DNA of 64,000 bases from a virus. Position 1 is the stretch's first letter; every line of letters starts with the position of its first letter. Below the pieces are notes generated by a model. The model searched no databases. It was not told the origin of the DNA and saw only the letters and a list, made by a program, of their open reading frames with translations. The position numbers and the translations under genes are program-made. Shown piece by piece: positions 12,501 to 21,500 of this stretch. The stretch covers positions 20,898-84,897 of IMG/VR virus record IMGVR_UViG_3300017917_000095. One strand, given 5' to 3'.

Positions 12501-15500
12501 CCTCATGACGAGAAGTTATTCTTGGGTATAGTAGACACTGCAACATTATCTGAATTAGGTCTAGAAGTGTTTGTTAAGACACAAGAAATTCTCTGCCCTC
12601 ACAAAGTAGGTCCTACTCAGTTTGGTTCGGTAGTCAAGTTCAATCAATACGGTAGCTTTGTAGCTAGCGCGCCTACTGGAACTCGCTACTCAGCAACTAC
12701 CTTCGACTTCTCAGATGATGAAAACCAAGATGATGATACTGTATTTGACAACAACGCAACACAGTGGGTAGACGAAACACCAAACTTTGGTGCTGTCTAC
12801 ATGTTTGACTACATCAGCGAATACAATGAAAGCTTGGCAGCTCCTGGCACATATGTGTATGCACAATCTGTCAACTCACCTAACTTGGTATACTCTGCAT
12901 TCAACTCATATGACCAAGCAACTGATGTAACATACAACAATCAACCTCGTTACGGTACTGCATTGGACTTCAATGACTTTAGCGTAGCTATCGGTACACC
13001 TAACGACACTGGCGCAACCAGTGGAAGTACGTATGCTGGTTCAGTTACTGCATATCGCAACGCCACTAGAGTTCAAGACTGGGCAATCTATCGTCATTCT
13101 GCACCGGTTGTAGATATCAACAAAATCTACAACATTCAGTTGTTCAGTGCTGAAACAAACAACACACTAATCAACATGGATTATATTGATCCATTACAAG
13201 GTAAGATCCTAGGTGCAGCCCGCGAGAACATTGACGTTGTTTCAAACGTTGACCCAGCAACCTACAACAATGCACCTACAGTAACAGGTGGCATTACATG
13301 GGGAGCAGCACAATTAGGCACCGTGTGGTTGAACACAAAAGGTATGCGTTATGTAAACTATCACCAGAATGATGATATTTCATACAACAGTCAATACTGG
13401 GGAACACTGTTCCCAGGTAGCGATGTTGCAGTATACAGCTGGATAGCAAGCAATGTATTGCCTGCTGAGTATAGAGGCCCCGGCACACCATTTGATGTCA
13501 ACTCTTATTCAGTACAGTATGTAATCAATGCAGCTGGTTCCTTGGTACCTACATATTATTTCTGGGCAAGAAATACTAACATGATTTTCTCTGACAATGG
13601 TAAGACATTAGCAGACTCAATCATTGCTTCTTATATTGAGAGTCCAAAAGCATCAGGTGTAAGCTACTTTACCCCATTGTTGCCTAGCGTATACGGTCTA
13701 TATAACAGCGGCGAGTACATCAACGCAAACGATAGTGTATTGCATATTGGCTTTGCTACTGGATCAAATGATGACCCTGCACACTCACAATTCAACTTGA
13801 TTCGTGATGGGTATGCTAGCGACTTCTTACCGGGCGTACCGTTAGTTTCCGGTGAATCACCTGATAGTTTGTACGACAGACTACTAGATAGTCTTTGCGG
13901 TGTTGACGAATTGGGCTCAGTTGTACCTAACCCATACTTACCAAAAGCAGTTCAAGTTGGTATTCTAGCAAGACCTCGTCAGAGCTTCTTTTTGAATAGA
14001 TTCTTGGCATTGAAGAACTATCTACAATATGCTAATACTGTGTTGGCACAATATCCTATTACAGAAATTAGATATTCTTCTTTCCTAACATCAAGCGGTG
14101 AGTTCTATGACACTGCTAATTACTGGCAGTTCATTAACTGGTGGGCTCCTGGTTACAACGACAACACTAAGGCTTCCCTACAAGTTCCTCTATACGCTGA
14201 TTTGTCTACCCTATCTGTAGTTACTGGTACAATTGTCACTGTAGCTACAAACGGTAACGGTAAGTCAGAAACTTATGTCTACGAAGCAGACGGTACATGG
14301 AAGCGTATTGGCTTAGAGAATGGTACAATCGAATTCAAATCATCACTATGGGATTACTCATCAGTGAGACTTGGTTACGGTGACAACTTCTTTGACACTG
14401 ACACATATGATGTGTATCCAAGTGAAGAAACTCGCAAGATTGTTCGTGCATTGAACGAGCAGATTTATACTGATGATCTAATGATCTATAGAAACAAGAG
14501 TTTGGTTCTATTGTTCGAATACATTCAAGCTGAAAGCACAGAGAATCAGAACTATCTACCATGGTTGAACAAGACATCCTTCATCGATGTGGCTCATACT
14601 ATTCGTGAACTACGTCCTATCGAGGTGTTCCAAAGTGACAACCAAGCATTCTTAGAAGGTTACTTGAATGAAGTAAAACCATATCACGTAGTCATCAAAG
14701 AATTCTTGTTCAAGTACACCGGCGAAGAAGTCTTTGCAGGTGACATAACTGACTTTGATTTGCCAGCAAAATACAATAGCTCAATTGGACAATTTGTAAC
14801 TCCTCAGTTAGTTTACTCTAACTCTAACGGAATCAATCAATTCACACCAGATGATCCCATCTGGCAAGAACCTGAATATTCACAATGGTTCAACAACCAC
14901 GGTGTATCACTGACTGGTCAAGATAATGTACAAATTACTACATTAGCATCTTACATTTCATTGAATGCAAACGCATTTGCAGTTGACAACGCACAGGGTT
15001 TACCAATCAACGGAGTTCTTCAAATCGGAACAGAACAGATTGGTTATGCATCAGTGGATCGTTCATTGAATGTAGTTTCGGGGTTAACTAGAGGTGTAAA
15101 TGGTACTACCGTTTCTACTCACATTCCGGGTGACTTGATTTATATTAACTTGCCGGCTGTCTTAGTACTAGACGGCGGCCGCGGATATACTGAGCCTCCT
15201 AAGGTAACAGCATATATCGATACTACGATTTATCCTGCACCAACTAGAGCAGCAGTGTTAACAGCAGTAATGAACTTGGATAGCGTATTACGTGTTGACG
15301 TAGTAGATCCGGGCCAAGGCTACGCTGTATTACCTAAGATCATTATTGATTCTGCCGTTGTAGTTCCTTTTGACGATACTAGTGTTAGCACATTGACAAA
15401 TACAGTTCAATTGTATGCACCATTGCTACAAACTGGTGACTTGATTCAATACAAAGTTGGAGCAGGTAGCACATCAGTCGGTGGTTTAGAAGATGGTCAG

Positions 15501-18500
15501 TGGTACTACATAAACGTATTAGAAACAGTACCTTCAGTGACTGTAGGTCTGTATGATAACTATGCAGATGCTATGAACAATCATGATAGATTGTCATTGT
15601 TTTCAACTGGATCAGGTTCGTTCACATTCAACGTAGGCGCAAGAGCAAGTGCTATTACAACAGCAGTTCCTGTTAGAGAAAACAACATCACTCTCCGATT
15701 CGATAGAACATCATATGGATCTGATTTGATCGAATGGGAAGCAGGACGTTACTACGGTGCATTCTATGCAGGTACATACCACAACAGCAGCCAAGTCTCT
15801 AGTTCTTCTATCACATTAGAAAGCACACAGCCACCAGTAGCTTCTATCTTAGCTAGTGCTCAAGGTGTAGCATTTGAAATCACGGATGTTCGTAATGAGC
15901 GTATCGTTGAATACAGTTCGTTCATTCGCCACGTAGGTAGCACAATTGCATCTAGTGATGCAGTTAGATTGACACTGCAAGACGATGGCTCAGGTAACCC
16001 TAACGCATCGGGTGGTACTATCGGTTTCTACATTGGCATGCCGATCAAGTTCGTCGGAGCAGTAGGTGGGTCTGGTATCGTAAATGAACAAGTTTACTAT
16101 GTAAACAGCATACTAAACCAAACTGATTTCACACTGTCGTCTGATCCTAGCGGTTCACCGATTGTTGCATTGTCAGATTGGACAATCAGCGTTGCTGGTT
16201 TAGATTGCTATGTGGGACAAGTTTCTGATGCAGCAGTTATCACAGTTGACTATCCTGGAATCCTGAATATCACTGCGACTGAGGCTGTAACAAACAATAT
16301 CACTGTGCCGTTGCACTTATCTGGTACAGGTGGCACAGCAGGTTTCTACATTAACTTGCCGATATTCTTCACTGGTACTGACTCGTCATTACCGCAGAAC
16401 GGCGTGTTTGGTGGGATCATTGAAAACCAAGTTTACTACGTAACTACTGTGGTCGATAATCAGACATTCACTATGTCTGAGAACAAAGATCCTGTATGGT
16501 TCAATGTATTGTCTACATCTGCGTCTACTGATGCAATCACAATCGACGGAGATACTCAGAAGTTATCAGTCAATGAACCTATCATCTTCAACACTATGGT
16601 GGTTGCAGGTACAGAGACAACAAGCTTTGGTGGCATAACATCTGGAACAACATACTATGTTTCAGCTATCTTGTCTACTACAGCATTCCAGATATCTGCA
16701 ACAGTTAATGGTGCAGTGCTAGCATTGTCCGATGTTGCTGCGGCATCAAATACTTCTGCACTATTGACAAGTCAGAAAGACACTGTAAAGTTGACTACAG
16801 CAACAGGTAACACTATGGTTGTGAACGTCAGCTTGCCAGTAAGTCCTGGTCAAGTCAACGGACAAAAGTTCACACTATACGAAACATCTGGTCAATACCC
16901 AGGATCAACTGGTACAGACACATCATTGATTACTAGAGGTGTCGCTGCGTTGATCGGTACAGTAAATGTAAGTGCAGGTAGCTTTGTAATAGGTGAGACT
17001 TATACTATTGCGTTTGTAGGTACAACAAACTTCACTGCAATTGGCGCATCTGCGAATACAATAGGTGTTACATTTACTGCTACAGGCGCAGGCACTGGCA
17101 CAGGTACAGCTAACTTAGAAGTCAATCAGGTTGTATTGACTAACTTCAATCCAGGTGACACTGTTGCACTATGGTTGACTAACATCTACAATAACTTACC
17201 ATTAGAAATTTCTACAACATACGGTTCTAGTTTCTTAACAGCAGGTACTCCTTATTATGTTATTGACAACGGTATTATTGAAGTAGAAGTGACATATACA
17301 TCTTCAAGCGACAATTCATTGAAGTGCGAATCTACTGCATCTCTATTCGAAGATATGCCAATCACATTCTCCGGTGCAGGTGTAGGTGGTGTGCAGATTG
17401 ATGTTGAGTACTGGGTTAAGTCTATTATTGACGACCAGCGCTTTACTATCACAAACACACCAGGTGGACTAGAAATAACAGTCACTACCGCTAGCGGATT
17501 GATGACAGGTACAGGCTTGCCGTATGTCAAGGTATCTACTTCTGTAGGTGGCTCAGTTACCAATCCAGGATCTACACAGCAGACAGCTACATTTACGATT
17601 CCATCGTCAACTATCACTGTATCTGCGGCACCTGACACTGGCACCAAAGTATTCTTTAGAACAACTGGTTCATTACCAGGTGGTGTGTCAGAGAACACAG
17701 AATATTTTGTAACCAAGACTGGTGCAACCACTTTCGAAATCTCATTGACTTCAGGTGGTTCAGCTATTACTACTTCAGGTACACAGTCTGGTACACATAC
17801 TATGATTATCGCAACAGAAGCTACAATGGATCAAACTCCATCTGCTACTGTTCCTGAATTTGATGTAAGCTATGTATTAGGTGGATACCGTGTTCTAATA
17901 ACTGAACCTAGTTCAGGTTATGCAGTTGACAACGTAATCACTATTCCAGGTACTGAAATGGGTGGAACTACACCCGAGAATGACCTAACGTTGACTGTCA
18001 ATGCAATCAGTAGCACCGGTGCAATTACTAGTGTTATCTGTGATGGTACTGTACCAGGTGCATCACAACAATACTACTTAAAGGTAATTTCTCCTACTGA
18101 GTTTGCATTGTATGAGAATCAATTGATGACTGTTCCTGCTAGTGGATTGGGTATCCCATTCGTTGGCACCACACAGAGCACCGTCACTGGTTTAACTTCA
18201 GGTACAAATGCATTAACCTTAGCAGATGCATCTGGTTTCGAGTTGAACGATTTGGTTGTATTTACGGGTGATATGACACCTACTATCGGTGCAATCACTG
18301 CGGGTCAAGGTTACTTTATCACTTCTATCACTGGTAATGATATCACTATATCAGAAGATCCAGATGGCACTGATGTAACTATTACAACTACCATTTCGGC
18401 AAACTTCACGATAGCCAAGTCAGGTTCATTTGCATTGCTACCTGAACCATTCATCTTTAATCAGAGTCTTGTTAAGTATAACAACCGTGTTTACGTCTGT

Positions 18501-21500
18501 ATCATCTCCAACAACGACAGAGAATTCGTATTTGGTAAGTGGGAACTATTGACAAGCGGTGATCGTAGACTAAACGCTATGGATCGTGTACTAGGTTACT
18601 ATCAACCTACAGATAACATGCCTGGTGTAGACTTGACACAGTTGTTTGAGGGCGTTACTTATCCAAATAGTACATACTTGGGTAATGCGTTCGAACCAGA
18701 CTTGCAATACCCAATCGACACTGTATTGCAAGATCAAGCATTCTATCCTACTGAGGTAGATATAAAAGCTATTGCTTGGGACGGTACAACTTATGTTGCG
18801 ACTGCCGATACTCCTACATATTCAGGAGTTCTTTCTAGTACTGCCGGCAGCACATGGGAAATCGACAAGCTAGCAAACACTCCGTTGAATACAACTGACA
18901 TTATCTATGCAGGTGGATACTATATCCTAACTTCTAACAACCAAGCAACTCCGTTGTTCAGAAGCGTTGATGGAATCACATGGACAACTAATGGATACTT
19001 CACACCATGGGGGTCTACCCCGTATGATGATACAAACTATGACATGACTGCATTGAGTGTAGCGTCATTGTATCTAAATTCTGTAGCATACAGAAATGGT
19101 GTTTGGGTAGCAGTTGGACAGAATATCGTTTCTAGTACAGACACATTTGTTTGGAATGAAAGATACACTTATGCTAACCCATTACTATCCAACACATTGT
19201 ATGGAGTTGACAGTATTGATATCACATCATTCACTGGCTTCATCGCTGTAGGTAAAGGTCAAGAATTCGACTACTCAGGTCCAGTGTCTGCGGTAGTAGA
19301 TATCAACTTGATTCTAACAAGCGTTGACGGTTTGACATGGACTCAATTACCTGCAGTAAGTTCTAAGGGCATGTATGCTATTGCAAACAATACAACAAAT
19401 GCTGTTGCAGTAGGCGAAGACGGCATCATCTACATCTCTAACAACGGTGCAAACTGGACAGGTGTTAATGAAGTATTTGTAATCAGTGCTAACCCTTCAA
19501 CTAATGTGTTGAGTGTTGCAAGTACTGCAGGATTTGCAGTTAATAGTGCGGTACGATTCTCTAGGGCGTTTAACGTATTTGCTGCAGGAACAACCTACTA
19601 TGTTAAGACCATTGTTAATGGTACGCAACTTCAATTGAGTGCGACACCAGGTGGTGCTGCGGTCACATTGACTGCCGCAGCTCCGACTGCAACTACATTC
19701 ATGTATGCATACCCAAGAACAGGATCATTGAGAGATGTAAGTTACGCTAACGGTACTTTCATCGCTGTAGGTGATACTGGCTTAGTAAGAACTTCTGCTA
19801 ATGGTATCACTTGGACAACAAGAACGTCCGGCACAACTCAGGATTTAAACGGCATCACATATAATGCTGATGACGCAACTTGGATTGCAGTTGGTGATAA
19901 CAATACAATCTTGATTAGCGTTAATGACGGTGTATCTTGGTCAGCTTCTTCTGTGTTTGCTCCGCAACCAACAGTATACGATGTTCAGGGTTCTACATTC
20001 GAATATGGTTATGGTCCAGAAGAATTAGTACCAGGCGTTGTTACTGACAACATTACAATGACTGTTGCTACTCGTCCTGGTACTGACTGGGATGCTACTG
20101 TATATGCTCACGTTGGTTACAATGTAGTATCCGTAGAATATCAACCAGTTTCAGCAAGTCAAACTGCGTATAGCTTTGATGTTAGAAACTTGTACAGCGT
20201 ACAAACTCCTGCTCAAATTGCAGTATTCAAGATTAACGGTACTACAGGACTAAGCACATCCTTGTATGAGACTTTGGACTACACAGTTGATTGGGTTAAC
20301 TTCGTTGTTTCGTTGAACACTCCGTTGACATTCTTACCAGTGTCAGACAAGCTACGTGTAGACGTATACGAAGTGGGTAACGGTAACCAATTAGTCAAAG
20401 CTAGTACAAATACTGACCCAATCAGAACAAATGACACAACAGGTTGGAACGAAATCTATGTTAACTGTAACTACACAGGACAAATTTATAACGGTTCCGG
20501 TGTAGTACGTCCTGACACATTCCCAGTGGATGTACTTGCTACTGAAACTGATTCAACATCTAACGCAATTACTTGTGAAAGCGTTAAGGAATTCACATTG
20601 AATGATCCAATTAGATTCCAAGGTAATGTATTCGGTGGTATACAGGAAGACACAACTTACTATATCAAGACCATTAGTTACATTACAAATAGAATCACAG
20701 TATCAGAGACAATCAACGCTGGTACCGGAACTGCTGGCCCTACATTCGCATTGACTGACGGTACTGGTTCTATGAACATAGTTATCAAGGTTGGTTATGG
20801 TGCACCTTGGACAGATCCGATCATCTATCACAATGGAACTAAGTTGTTGATGGGTACTACAAGTACAGTTACTAGAACAAAAGCAAGTAACAACGCAGTG
20901 ACAACTAACACAACTGATGGAATGGTCCCTGGTGAAGCTATTGTATTCAGTGATACTATGTTTGGTGGAATCTTGCTACCACAGACAACGTATTACATCA
21001 AGTCAATCTTTGACACTAATGAATTTACAGTTTCTGCAACACCAGGTGGTCCTGAGTTGACACTAACTGATGCAACCGGTGGCGCCGAGTTCATCACCAA
21101 TGACTATGCATTTGGTATTGCTGATAACGGCATCTCTGCATCTATCATCTTCTCAGCACAGTATGATGCAAACGTTGACTATATCACTTATACATTGTTT
21201 GGTGAAACAACACCTTCGCAGTATGGATATACTATCCCTGAAGTACAACGATTCACCGGTGATGGCACTGCAGGACCGTTTGAGTTGACTAACTTCATTG
21301 GTCAAGACAATCCTGAAAACGCTGTAGTTGAAGTTAACAGATTACGTCAGCCTAGCTCGACTTACACTATTGACTACAATACCAATGAGCTTACATTCAA
21401 TGCAGGTTATGAACCTTCAATTGGTGTACCGGTTGTCGTTACTTCGTTCAATCAAACAACTCGTCAATACTTGAATACCCAATCAGGTATTACATCTAAG

